From Candidatus Nomurabacteria bacterium (lineage in GTDB: Bacteria > Patescibacteriota > Minisyncoccia > Phycocordibacterales > UBA9973), in NCBI GenBank assembly GCA_028286485.1, contig JAQBRM010000007.1:1-49600 (forward strand): a stretch of 49,600 bases of DNA. Direction: 5' to 3'. The notes beneath the pieces were generated by a model. The model was given only the letters and a program-made list of their open reading frames with translations. It made no database searches and was not told where the DNA came from. This document shows positions 26,050 to 36,013 of this stretch, one piece after another; positions within the stretch are counted from its first letter, which is position 1; every line of letters starts with the position of its first letter. The translations under genes were made by a program, and so were the position numbers.

Positions 26050-27868
26050 GGACGGCTCTTTTGATACTACCTTTTATACGGGACTCATCGTCAATGCATT
26101 AGAACAATTTGACGATACTATCAGTCTTCTTATCAAAAAACGCGCCGTACGGTTTTTACTGCAAGAAAAAAGCAGGCAGTGGTCGTTTAATTACGATCGT
26201 CGAGATGCCGTGGACAACCGATATCCTGATGATTTGGATGATACGTTCGTGGCACTGAAAGCCATTAGCATATGCCGGCCTGCCATGCTGACAGGCGAAA
26301 CATGGCAAGCTATCACTGCATTGCTTATTGCCAATGAGGAAAAACCGGCCGGTCCATATCAGACATGGATCATGCCATTGGCTGCGCGATCGGTTGAATG
26401 GCAGGACATCGATATTGTCGTTAACAGCAACATTGCCTCTTTTTTATCGCGTTTCAATATCGTCTTGCCGAGCATGCAGGAATATTTTGATGGTTTTATA
26501 GAGGCGGGGAATTTTTCTTCACGCTATTACCACCATGAATGCATCATTGTGTATTTCTTATCAAAAGCCTATCGGGGAACACATGCCGGCTTGTTACGCG
26601 AAACGTTGTTGAAAAAACGCAATGAAAATAATTATTGGGATTCAGCGTTTATTGCCGCTTTGTCTGTCAGTGCCTTGTTGGCATTAGGACAGGCGTCTGC
26701 CAGCCTTACTCCTGCTATTCAATACATTATGGATGGTGAGAAAGACGGACAGTGGACAGCTGAATCTTTTTTTATTGAATCGAAAAGTAATTCCGGGGTA
26801 ACCTATAGCGTTTCAGCTGCTCATACTACCGCCTGTTGTATCGAGGCATTACGCGCATATGAAGCCGCTGTTCGTCTTTCTACCACTGCTTCTATTTCCA
26901 ATGGTAATGACACTGAAGAAACACTTTTTATTGAAAAAGTCATTAGCAGCTGCAAGGAAATATTCTGTAACAGTGGTTCATTACTAACACAGCACATTCA
27001 TGGGGCACTTGATGTACTGATGAAGAAAGACCCGCATGCCGAGGTGATATTATTACCGTATCATTTTTCAAAAAACATGATGTGTGGTGGAGCGGTGTCG
27101 ACTGAACAACTGGCCGTAGCGACCACCCTTGGTTGGATTGGGTATACATTCCTTGATAAGACCATGGATGGCGAAGATACTATCGGCCGATTACCGTTGG
27201 CTGCTAAATGTATTCGCGAGTCCTATAATATTTTTCAATTATTCAATAAAGACCATGGTTCTGTTGTCCAAAGAATTCTCGATGGTATAGAAAGTGCCGT
27301 GTTGTCTGAGTATGTGACCTGTATATTACAAAAAGATGGTGATGATTTTCTTATGCCTTTTACCCTGCCTGACTATGGTGACTATCAGTGCTTGGCGGAA
27401 AAATCATTAGGGTTTGCTTTGGCGCCTATTATTCTTTGCCTGCAGGCGCAGGAATATGATCAGGCGGTACTGATGGAAAGGTTTTTCATTCATTATCTCA
27501 TTGCCCGACAGCTGAATGATGATGCACATGACTGGCTGGAGGATTTGGAACATGGTTTCATCAACAGTGTCAGTGTCGATATCATTAAGGACTGGCACAC
27601 ACAATATGTTTCAAGGAAATTAAACATGCGCCATGATAAGAAAATACTGCAAACGATTTTTTGGGAGAAACATATCGATACTGTCAGTACTACTATTGTT
27701 TTTCATTGCCAGAAGGCCAGCGATGTATTGAAAAAAATCACCGTACTGGCCGATAACACATTCTTAGAAAATTTACTCCATCCCTTGCAGCATTCCGCCA
27801 CGGAAGCATTGACGGAGCGGGACAAGGTCAGGCAATTCATATATACTTTGCATACTAACGATGAGTAA
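25994..27868 (+). CDS. Fused class II terpene cyclase (beta) and class I isoprenoid synthase/prenyltransferase (alpha)
   Basis: QW-like repeats (QQHEDGSF, EKDGQW), YPDDLDDT (DxDD), DIVVNSN, SRYY; C-terminal YTFLDKTMD, AEKS, QLNDDAHD. Confidence 0.8.
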   Translation: MTPFNYQPALQYLLSQQHEDGSFDTTFYTGLIVNALEQFDDTISLLIKKRAVRFLLQEKSRQWSFNYDRRDAVDNRYPDDLDDTFVALKAISICRPAMLTGETWQAITALLIANEEKPAGPYQTWIMPLAARSVEWQDIDIVVNSNIASFLSRFNIVLPSMQEYFDGFIEAGNFSSRYYHHECIIVYFLSKAYRGTHAGLLRETLLKKRNENNYWDSAFIAALSVSALLALGQASASLTPAIQYIMDGEKDGQWTAESFFIESKSNSGVTYSVSAAHTTACCIEALRAYEAAVRLSTTASISNGNDTEETLFIEKVISSCKEIFCNSGSLLTQHIHGALDVLMKKDPHAEVILLPYHFSKNMMCGGAVSTEQLAVATTLGWIGYTFLDKTMDGEDTIGRLPLAAKCIRESYNIFQLFNKDHGSVVQRILDGIESAVLSEYVTCILQKDGDDFLMPFTLPDYGDYQCLAEKSLGFALAPIILCLQAQEYDQAVLMERFFIHYLIARQLNDDAHDWLEDLEHGFINSVSVDIIKDWHTQYVSRKLNMRHDKKILQTIFWEKHIDTVSTTIVFHCQKASDVLKKITVLADNTFLENLLHPLQHSATEALTERDKVRQFIYTLHTNDE

Positions 27869-28730
27869 GATCAGCAGCCTGACCAAAGAAACGTTTTCGC
27901 ACTGGTATGACCATAGCGCCCCTCGTATGGGGGCGGCATTGTCTTTCTATGCCCTCTTTTCCATTGCACCGTTATTCATTTTAGTGATCGGTGTCATTAG
28001 GACGATTTTTGATAGGGCGACCGTGCACATGGCTATTGATCATACCTTGCGCGCTACGGTCGGAAGCAATTTGGCGGCATCGATTCAAGGTCTCATTAAT
28101 GGCGCCTATCATGCCCCGGCCGGCGTAATGACCACCATCATAAGCGGGGTAATTCTGATCGTGGCCGCCATCAGCGTCTTTGCGGAACTGAATACAGACC
28201 TCGATGAGTTGTGGAAATTGCCATCACCTCGGCCCGTAGTCGAAAATACTTCCACCAAACAAGCGATCGTGCATTTTCTCAAAGATCGTTTATTGGCATT
28301 ATTCCTTATTTTACTATTCAGCCTGCTCTCCCTTTTCAGCGTGGCTTTTACGGTATTTATTTCTTTTTTTCACACGGCAACTATCTTGCTTCAAAATACT
28401 TTTTTATTGCAAGGCATTAATATAGCACTCACCCTCATTATCACCACCATTCTTTTCGCGCTGATTTATCGCATCCTGCCAGACACCAAGCTTACTTGGG
28501 GTGACATATTTCGCGGAGCGATCGTCACCTCCCTGCTTTTCTTGTTCGGCAAATACCTGATCGGCTGGTACATTGATGCCTTTGGCGGCACCTCCGCCTT
28601 CGGAACGGCCGGTTCCGTTGTCGGCCTGCTCTTATGGATATACTACTCCGCGCAAGTCTTCTTTATCGGCGCCTCATTTACCTTTGTCTATTCCAAACGA
28701 TACGGATTTCTATCGAGGATGATGAACTAG
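27861..28730 (+). CDS. YihY/BrkB family membrane protein
   Basis: GAALSFYALFSIAP, FALIYRILP, FGTAGSVVGLLLWIYYSAQ. Confidence 0.93.
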   Translation: MSKISSLTKETFSHWYDHSAPRMGAALSFYALFSIAPLFILVIGVIRTIFDRATVHMAIDHTLRATVGSNLAASIQGLINGAYHAPAGVMTTIISGVILIVAAISVFAELNTDLDELWKLPSPRPVVENTSTKQAIVHFLKDRLLALFLILLFSLLSLFSVAFTVFISFFHTATILLQNTFLLQGINIALTLIITTILFALIYRILPDTKLTWGDIFRGAIVTSLLFLFGKYLIGWYIDAFGGTSAFGTAGSVVGLLLWIYYSAQVFFIGASFTFVYSKRYGFLSRMMN

Positions 28731-30484
28731 CTGCTTCTTTTGGCATGCATCAATAGATCCACGGCGTGTTCAAATGATCCGGCGGCCGTTAATGAACTTC
28801 CATTGACGAAGAAAATTTCATCGGCATTTTGAATAGTGTTCAAACGGTGTGCAATGATGACTTTAGTGGTGGTGGGAGGAAGCGTTTCAATTACTTTCTC
28901 CAGCAATGCTTCGGTGACCGTATCAATGTTTGCGGTGGCTTCATCCAGAATAATCAAATCAGGTTTGCGTAAAACGGCGCGCATAAAGGCAATGAGTTGG
29001 CGCTGCCCCAGACTGATGCTTTCTCCACTCTGGGTGACCGGTGTAGCCAAGCCGGATTCAAACCGTTGCACTAAATCATACAGGCCGTTTTCATGCAGGG
29101 CTTTTTCCAAGTGCTCGACAGGGGTGCCGTCATAGGCGGTATTGCCATAAAAAATATTTTCTCCCACCGTGCCGCTGAATAGAAACGGTTCCTGTAAAAT
29201 AAATCCGATTTTCTGTACGCGTTCGGCATCGGGTACGGTGCGCATATCTTTTCCTTCCAACCACACGGTGCCATGAGAAGGATCGTACAGACGAGCCATC
29301 AACGAAGCAGTGGTGGTTTTGCCGCCGCCGGTCGGACCGACCAATGCGTATGTTTTGCCTGGCAGTAATGCCACGGTCACATCGTGCAGGACAGTTTTCT
29401 GACTGTCGCTATACATAAACCCCACATCTTGAAATGAAATAGTGGTGGCTAGATCCGCTCTCGCCGGAGCAGCGGCCAGTAAGGGCATATCATTAGGCAT
29501 GGCGACAATGCCGGCAATACGGTCCCAGCTAGCCATAGCGGTTTGAAAAGTGGCCCACAGTGAAGCCATTTGTCGTAACGGGTCATACAAGCGGCTGCAG
29601 TACGTGATATAACTGATCAAAAAACCCAGCGTGAAATTACCAATCAAAATAAGATGTATGCCGTATATCAGTACCAGCAATTGCGCGGCATTGGCGGCAA
29701 ACCCGTATAGTGCCACGAAAATGTTGTTGGCGATGCCGGCCCGCACGGAGGTTAGGAAATTTTTGTGATTGGCGGCATTGAATTTTTCCCGGAAGTAATC
29801 ACGACGGTTGAATGCCACAATGACTTTGAAGTTGCCGAGGCTCTCTTGGATCTCAGCGCTCATACCCCCCACTTCCTGCAAACTTTTTGCATTCTGCGTT
29901 TTAACCCATGAGCCGATCAGTTGTGTCACCACCAACACGACCGCCAATGGGATCAAGGCAATAAGGCCAAGTCGCGGATTGATACTGAGGATAAATATAG
30001 CCGCGCCGATCATGACAAAGATATTGCCGATGAATTGCATCAAGGACTGGGAGAAAAATTGGTTCAAGTTGTCTGTATCGGTGTTGATGCGGGAAATAAG
30101 ATCACCGGCCTTGTTTTGGTTGAAGAAGGCAATAGGCAACTCCTGCAACTTTTCAAATATGGTGTTGCGCAAGGTAAAGAGCAAGCGCTGGCTGACGCCG
30201 CCCATGACTTTGGTTTGAACGTAGCTGGCAATGAACGCACCAATGTAGACCAATAACACCAATCCCGCGTACAAGGGCAAACCGGCATAGTGTTTCGTAA
30301 TAATGTACGTATTGATAGCGCGACCGATCAAGAGCGGGGTCAGCAGGGTCAGTCCGGCATTGGTAATAATGGCGGTAAAAGTAACGGCTAGTTGCACGGT
30401 GTCATTTTTCAGCAACGGCAAAAGCTTGCGCAGTGCCGCGAAGACTGATGATCTTTCTTGATGTGTATTCAATGAATAATTCAT
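28727..30484 (-). CDS. Heterodimeric ABC exporter, consensus subunit
   Basis: TMD + GPTGGGKTT, ISLGQRQ, LDEATA, IAHR. Confidence 0.93.
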   Translation of the reverse strand: MNYSLNTHQERSSVFAALRKLLPLLKNDTVQLAVTFTAIITNAGLTLLTPLLIGRAINTYIITKHYAGLPLYAGLVLLVYIGAFIASYVQTKVMGGVSQRLLFTLRNTIFEKLQELPIAFFNQNKAGDLISRINTDTDNLNQFFSQSLMQFIGNIFVMIGAAIFILSINPRLGLIALIPLAVVLVVTQLIGSWVKTQNAKSLQEVGGMSAEIQESLGNFKVIVAFNRRDYFREKFNAANHKNFLTSVRAGIANNIFVALYGFAANAAQLLVLIYGIHLILIGNFTLGFLISYITYCSRLYDPLRQMASLWATFQTAMASWDRIAGIVAMPNDMPLLAAAPARADLATTISFQDVGFMYSDSQKTVLHDVTVALLPGKTYALVGPTGGGKTTTASLMARLYDPSHGTVWLEGKDMRTVPDAERVQKIGFILQEPFLFSGTVGENIFYGNTAYDGTPVEHLEKALHENGLYDLVQRFESGLATPVTQSGESISLGQRQLIAFMRAVLRKPDLIILDEATANIDTVTEALLEKVIETLPPTTTKVIIAHRLNTIQNADEIFFVNGSSLTAAGSFEHAVDLLMHAKRSS

Positions 30485-32190
30485 GCCGGTTCCACGCTCT
30501 GTTGTGATTGATAAATTTGCACATACTCGGGAGAAGATTCCATCAGTTGACGATGGGTGCCTTGCGCCAATAACTCCCCTTCCATGACCACGATGATATT
30601 GTCATAGTCGGTAATGGACGCTATTTTTTGCGTGATGGAAATAAGCGTCAGATCGGGATAGTTGGCACGCACATTGGCCAGGATATTTTGCTCGGTCTGC
30701 GGATCAACGCGGGCGGTAAAATCATCCAACAGTAAAATTTTCGGATTAAGCGCCAGTGCCCGAGCCAGCATGATGCGCTGCTTCTGACCGCCGGATAAGC
30801 TGGTGCCGCGCTCGGAAATAATGGTGTTCAAGCCGTCCGGCAACGCCGCAATGAAATCATCCAGCTCGGCCGTGTCGATCGCCCGCTCCACATCCGCGTC
30901 GCTGACCGTCGTACTGAAGGCGATATTTTCTCGAACGGTGGTATTGAAAATAATGCTGTCTTGAAACACGAAACCGATCTGGCTATGAATGGTGCGCTGA
31001 TCATACGCATCCAACGGAATACCGTCATACAAGACCGTACCGTTAGTGGCTGACAATAACCCAGTCATGATATACAGGAGTTGCGTTTTACCGGCGGCGG
31101 TCGGGCCGATAATGGCATTCTTGGTGCGAGGCCTGATGGTAAATGACACATCTTTCAGGGCATGCTTTTCTCCGAACACCATGCCGATATCCTGCACGGT
31201 GATTGCGCCGGTCAGGCGCGTAGTGACAGTACCGGTCTTTTCCGGCAACGGAGCATGTAAAACCAGTGACAGGCGCTGGTAAGAAGCGGTGGCGCGGGCG
31301 ATGACATTGCTCATGAAGCCGATGATGATGATAGGAAAGATTAGAATGGCAATGTAGCTATTGAAGGCGGTAAAATTGCCGATGCTCATATGCCCGACAA
31401 TCACGGATCTGCCGCCGAACAGCAATACGGCCACGATGGCCACGTTGGCTACAAAGCCGATAAACGGAATGAGGAAGGCGAACATGCCGAGAATTTTGAA
31501 GCCGTTGTTTTTGGCATCGGTGTTGACGGTCAGGAATTTCTGATACTCGTACTGTTGGGAATTAAGCACGCGAATGAGCGCCGCACCCAAGATACTCTCA
31601 TTGATGACCTTGTTCAATCGATCGATAATGGATTGCGTTTTCAAAAAAAGCGGTCGTACCTTGCTCAAGATAAAAAAGAAGGTACCGCCAATGACGGGAA
31701 TGATGGCCAAGACGCCGAGTGCCAGCTGCCAATTCAATCCGATCAACAGTATGGCCACGCCGACAATGATGAAGATGGAGGAAATAATCGATACGACAGC
31801 TTGCGAGACGAAAACCTTGATGGCATCGGCATCGGACGTGATATTGGTCAGCAAGACGGAAGGGTTGGCGGACTGGATGTAGGCGAAATTTTGCAATGAA
31901 ATTTTTCCCATCAAATTTTCACGCAGATCGCGCGCGACCCGCTCGGACACGTAGGTCTGCATGACGTTCTGCCCGTAGGTGGTGATGAGGATACCGATGG
32001 CCGCCAAAACAAAAAAGGTTGCCATGTGAGCGACCACCAAGGTGCCGGCGGTGAATTGGTCGAGGGTGGAAGCAATAAGCTTCGGCACAACCAGTGTAAT
32101 GCCGTTACTGAACAACGCTAAAAAGGTCAGGGCGACAAGCAGCCCTCGGTATGGGCGAAGGAGTGAAAAAATGGAAGTATTATTGTTCAT
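30481..32190 (-). CDS. Heterodimeric ABC exporter, degenerate subunit
   Basis: TMD + GPTAAGKT, LSGGQKQR, LLDD (Glu to Asp), ITQK (His to Gln); TM287/288-like. Start set at ATG 32190. Confidence 0.92.
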   Translation of the reverse strand: MNNNTSIFSLLRPYRGLLVALTFLALFSNGITLVVPKLIASTLDQFTAGTLVVAHMATFFVLAAIGILITTYGQNVMQTYVSERVARDLRENLMGKISLQNFAYIQSANPSVLLTNITSDADAIKVFVSQAVVSIISSIFIIVGVAILLIGLNWQLALGVLAIIPVIGGTFFFILSKVRPLFLKTQSIIDRLNKVINESILGAALIRVLNSQQYEYQKFLTVNTDAKNNGFKILGMFAFLIPFIGFVANVAIVAVLLFGGRSVIVGHMSIGNFTAFNSYIAILIFPIIIIGFMSNVIARATASYQRLSLVLHAPLPEKTGTVTTRLTGAITVQDIGMVFGEKHALKDVSFTIRPRTKNAIIGPTAAGKTQLLYIMTGLLSATNGTVLYDGIPLDAYDQRTIHSQIGFVFQDSIIFNTTVRENIAFSTTVSDADVERAIDTAELDDFIAALPDGLNTIISERGTSLSGGQKQRIMLARALALNPKILLLDDFTARVDPQTEQNILANVRANYPDLTLISITQKIASITDYDNIIVVMEGELLAQGTHRQLMESSPEYVQIYQSQQSVEPA

Positions 32191-33313
32191 GTTCAAAGGC
32201 GATGCTGACAGCTTCCGCGGCAATCAAGCGGGCGGCTTCGGGTTTGTAAAATGCCTTGGCGCGAGCAGCCATGGCATCATAATGATCTTTGTGGCCCAAG
32301 ATCAGGTCAATTTCATTTTTCAATACTGAGGGCGTGAGGTTTACTTCCTCAATGACGGCACAAGCGCCGGTGCGGGCATAGTGATAGGCATTCTTACGCT
32401 GGTGATCGCCGTGAAAGACAGCGGCACTGCCGGGAATGATGATAGAGGGTTTGCCCCACGCGGCGATTTCAAAAATCTGCGAGCCGGCCCGGGAAATGAT
32501 GATATCGGCGGCGCCACCGAACATTTTTGTCTGCAAATCGTTGAAGTACGGAAAGAGTTTATACCGGTTTCGTTTAGTGTCATCGCTGAGCAGTACTTCC
32601 ACATCGGTTTTTGTTTCTTCAAAATTCTTCCTGCCGGTCTGATGGATGATCTGATAGTGCTGCACCAACCCGGGCAGCAATGACGTGAGCGCATCATTGA
32701 TCTTCTTGGCACCCGATGAACCGCCGATTACGCCGATGGTGGGAATACCGGGTGTCAGTTCAAAAAATTCCTTTGCTCCTTCCGTGGCAGCATAGGAAAT
32801 ACTTCTCCGTACCGGTTGTCCGGTCAGCGCGATTTTCTTCTGATCAAAATATTCCGCCGCTTCGGGATAGGATAATGCCACTTTGCGCGCGAATCGTCCC
32901 GACCATTTATTGACGCGTCCCGGCACGGTGTCAGACTCATGCACGATGACGGGAACACGCAAGATACGAGCTGCCACCAAGACCGGAAAAGCCGCATAGC
33001 CGCCCTTGCTGATGATGACATCGGGGTAGAGATTGAAGAGTTTGAATAGGGCACCAACGGTACCAACCGCGGTTTTGATAGCATCGACAAAATTCTGCAA
33101 AGAAAAGTAGACGCGCATCTTGCCGGCCGTGATGGGAATGTAGGTAATGAACTGTTCGGCCAATGCTTCTTGGTCATACGGCCCGTCGGACATGTAGTAC
33201 AGCTTGAAGTTGGCGATCTTCTCCTCGTCAGCAATACGGTTCAATTCTTCCGCCACCGCGATCAATGGGTAAAAATGCCCTCCCGTTCCCCCGCCTATCA
33301 GTAAAATCTTCAT
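32180..33313 (-). CDS. murG: Lipid II GlcNAc transferase MurG
   Basis: GGGTGGH, KGGY, HESD, GGSSGA, SRAG, HQRKNA. Confidence 0.96.
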   Translation of the reverse strand: MKILLIGGGTGGHFYPLIAVAEELNRIADEEKIANFKLYYMSDGPYDQEALAEQFITYIPITAGKMRVYFSLQNFVDAIKTAVGTVGALFKLFNLYPDVIISKGGYAAFPVLVAARILRVPVIVHESDTVPGRVNKWSGRFARKVALSYPEAAEYFDQKKIALTGQPVRRSISYAATEGAKEFFELTPGIPTIGVIGGSSGAKKINDALTSLLPGLVQHYQIIHQTGRKNFEETKTDVEVLLSDDTKRNRYKLFPYFNDLQTKMFGGAADIIISRAGSQIFEIAAWGKPSIIIPGSAAVFHGDHQRKNAYHYARTGACAVIEEVNLTPSVLKNEIDLILGHKDHYDAMAARAKAFYKPEAARLIAAEAVSIAFEHEQ

Positions 33314-33325
33314 AGTATCTCTATT

Positions 33326-34435
33326 TTACACTTTCTTTTCATATCTTGAAACATTAAGCACAATGCCGGAGGCGAAGAGGGCGATGAAGAGTGAGGTGCC
33401 GCCTTGGGAAATGAAGACGAGCGGCACGCCGGTTAAAGGGAAAAGGCCGACGAGTGAGGCCATGTTGAGGAAGGATTGGGCCACGAGCGTGGTGACGATG
33501 CCGATGACGAGGTACTGGCCGAAGGCGTCGCGGGATTGCATGGCAATCTTGTAGCCGCGGATGGCCAGGAAGACATACAGCACCACCAGCAACGCGCTGC
33601 CGATGAAGCCGAACTCTTCGCCGATCACCGCATAGATGGAGTCGCCTTGCGGTTCCGGCAAGTAGTTGAACTTCTGCACACTCTGGCCCAATCCCCGTCC
33701 CATAATACCGCCCGAACCGATGGCGATAAGGCCCTGCTGTAATTGATACGACGAACCCTGCGCGTCGCTCGAAGGATTGATGTATGTCTTGATGCGGTTC
33801 ATGAGGTACGGGCGGAAGAGTGCCAAGACAATGACCCCCATCAATCCCACCACTACAATGCCAATGATTTTTTTCCATGACACGCCCGAGACAAACAGCA
33901 TGGCACTGGCGGAGGCAGTAATCAGAATAAGACTCTTGGTATCCGGCTGCACCAATAAGACTCCCGCCACTACTCCTAATAATATGGCGAACGGCAAGAG
34001 CTTGTATTTGAATTCTTCATGCTGATTTTTGGTCCAAGCCAGCCATGCCGCAAAGTAGATTACAAAGCCGATTTTCAAAATCTCCGCCGGCTGAAAAGAA
34101 ACATGCGCGATGGAGATCCAGCGACGCGCGCCGCCATGGGCAAAACCGAGGTGGGGCACGAACACTGCGGCTGTTAATCCCAACGTTATGATGAAAATTG
34201 CCAAGGCGTGATTGCGCCAAAAGTGATACGGCACTTTGATGGCCAGCCATAGACCAGCCAAGCCGCCGATGAAGCCGAGCACTATTTGCCCGAACAAGAG
34301 GCCGTAAAACTTCGCGGTACTCTGGGCCAAGACTCCCAATGAAGCAGACACGAAAGCAAAAATGCCAATGAAGGTGATGAGCAGCACGATACCGAAGAAG
34401 TATGTATCAAATTGTTTTGGTTTTACCACTACCAT
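33326..34435 (-). CDS. ftsW: SEDS peptidoglycan glycosyltransferase FtsW
   Basis: GARRWI, FQPAE, QPD, YLPEPQGD, GEEFG, PLTGVPLVFISQGG; between mraY and murG. Confidence 0.92.
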   Translation of the reverse strand: MVVVKPKQFDTYFFGIVLLITFIGIFAFVSASLGVLAQSTAKFYGLLFGQIVLGFIGGLAGLWLAIKVPYHFWRNHALAIFIITLGLTAAVFVPHLGFAHGGARRWISIAHVSFQPAEILKIGFVIYFAAWLAWTKNQHEEFKYKLLPFAILLGVVAGVLLVQPDTKSLILITASASAMLFVSGVSWKKIIGIVVVGLMGVIVLALFRPYLMNRIKTYINPSSDAQGSSYQLQQGLIAIGSGGIMGRGLGQSVQKFNYLPEPQGDSIYAVIGEEFGFIGSALLVVLYVFLAIRGYKIAMQSRDAFGQYLVIGIVTTLVAQSFLNMASLVGLFPLTGVPLVFISQGGTSLFIALFASGIVLNVSRYEKKV

Positions 34436-34436
34436 G

Positions 34437-35504
34437 TTACTTGCTGATCAAGGTAATGACTACGCCGATAATAGCCGCGATGATCGACACTACCCAGTAC
34501 CGCATCACGACTTTTTCACGAGACCAGCCCATGGCGCGGAAGTGATGATGCAGGGGAGCGATTTTGAATACACGACGATGACCGCAATATTTATAGCTGA
34601 TAACCTGCAAAATGACGGATACTGTGGTAGCGGTCAATGGCAATGCGATCAATGGCAATAGCAACACCGTATTGGTCAAAAAGGCGATAACCGTCAGCAC
34701 CACCGTCAAGCCAATCATGCCTGTCTCCCCCATGTAAAATCGAGCCGGGGGAATATTGAACCACAGAAAGGCCAGGATGCCGCCGGAAATAACGCCGCAC
34801 AAGGCGCCGATATCTATTTGCTGCTGTCCCACTGCAATGACGGCATAGGCCGCAAAGACAATGGCCAAGACTCCGCCGGCCAAGCCATCAAGCCCATCGA
34901 TAACTGAGGTGGAAAATACTCCTAGCAATACAATGATGAAAAATGGGATAAAAAAGACGCCGAAATTGAAAAGCGGATGAACGAAAGGAATGGAAATGCC
35001 GCTCACGCCCAGTTTGAAATAAAACCATGATCCTACCACCGCGCCGATAATAGTGATCAAACCTATCTTGATCCACCGGTTACCCAAGACATCGCTCGAC
35101 ATCTCGCCGATCGAGCCTTTGACTTGCAGCAAGTCATCGATCAAGCCAATGATGGAACCGAACAGCAATGCCCCGAGCGGCACGACGGTTTGGTTCTTGC
35201 TGAAGAAGTCCAACTTCTGGGAAAGATCGGAGGGAAAGACTTTTGAAATAATCCACATGAGGGAAATACAGATCAATACGGACAGCCAAATGATGACGCC
35301 GCCGACACGTGGCGTGGCAATTTCCGCCGCTCCGTCGTGTACTTTGGAAAATTCAGTATTGGTAATATCGGACTCTTGGGCTCGGTTATTTTTTTTCCAT
35401 AGCTTATGCTTATACATGAGAGAGGTAAGACGCGGGGTAATTAAAATACCGATGATGAAGGCCAAGGTAGTGGGCAGGAAAATTTTAATGGCGTTGATCA
35501 TCAT
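34437..35504 (-). CDS. mraY: Phospho-MurNAc-pentapeptide transferase
   Basis: TPRVGG, GLIDD, DGLDGL, FNIPPARFYMGETG, APLHHHF. Confidence 0.95.
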   Translation of the reverse strand: MMINAIKIFLPTTLAFIIGILITPRLTSLMYKHKLWKKNNRAQESDITNTEFSKVHDGAAEIATPRVGGVIIWLSVLICISLMWIISKVFPSDLSQKLDFFSKNQTVVPLGALLFGSIIGLIDDLLQVKGSIGEMSSDVLGNRWIKIGLITIIGAVVGSWFYFKLGVSGISIPFVHPLFNFGVFFIPFFIIVLLGVFSTSVIDGLDGLAGGVLAIVFAAYAVIAVGQQQIDIGALCGVISGGILAFLWFNIPPARFYMGETGMIGLTVVLTVIAFLTNTVLLLPLIALPLTATTVSVILQVISYKYCGHRRVFKIAPLHHHFRAMGWSREKVVMRYWVVSIIAAIIGVVITLISK

Positions 35505-36013
35505 AGCAGTGCGTCGATTTTATTTTTTGTTTCCGCGTACTGCGGCAATGCTTCAATGGAAGCTACGCCATAGGACTCAAGTAATTCTACGGTCGGATGA
35601 TAGGTCATGCTGCGGCCGTTATTTTTTGTCTCAATCAATCCCCTGATCTGCAATGCGCGTAATGAATATGAGGCATTCACGCCGCGAATCAATTCTATTT
35701 CCGCCTTAGTCGCCCCCGGATGATACACCACCACTGCCAGCGTTTCGGCACTGGCCTTACTGAGGTCTTTTTGCAATTCTTCCTTGCGTAATGCTTCCAA
35801 TATCATACTGTGGTCTGGACGGGTAGCCAGCGTTACCACCTCACCTTGTCGCACCAGCATCATGGCGTGGTCGGCCAATGAGGATTCCAACACAGCCAGG
35901 GCTTCCGTGATTTCTCCCGCAGAAACATTCAAGAGTTTTGCCAAGGAAGTTACTGAATACGGTTCAGCGGTGACAAAGAGGATGGCTTCGATTGTTTGAG
36001 AAAGGCTAGGCAT
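35501..36013 (-). CDS. scpB: Segregation and condensation protein B
   Basis: IEAILF, LSKASAETLAVVVY, EIELIRGVN. Start set at ATG 36013. Confidence 0.93.
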   Translation of the reverse strand: MPSLSQTIEAILFVTAEPYSVTSLAKLLNVSAGEITEALAVLESSLADHAMMLVRQGEVVTLATRPDHSMILEALRKEELQKDLSKASAETLAVVVYHPGATKAEIELIRGVNASYSLRALQIRGLIETKNNGRSMTYHPTVELLESYGVASIEALPQYAETKNKIDALL

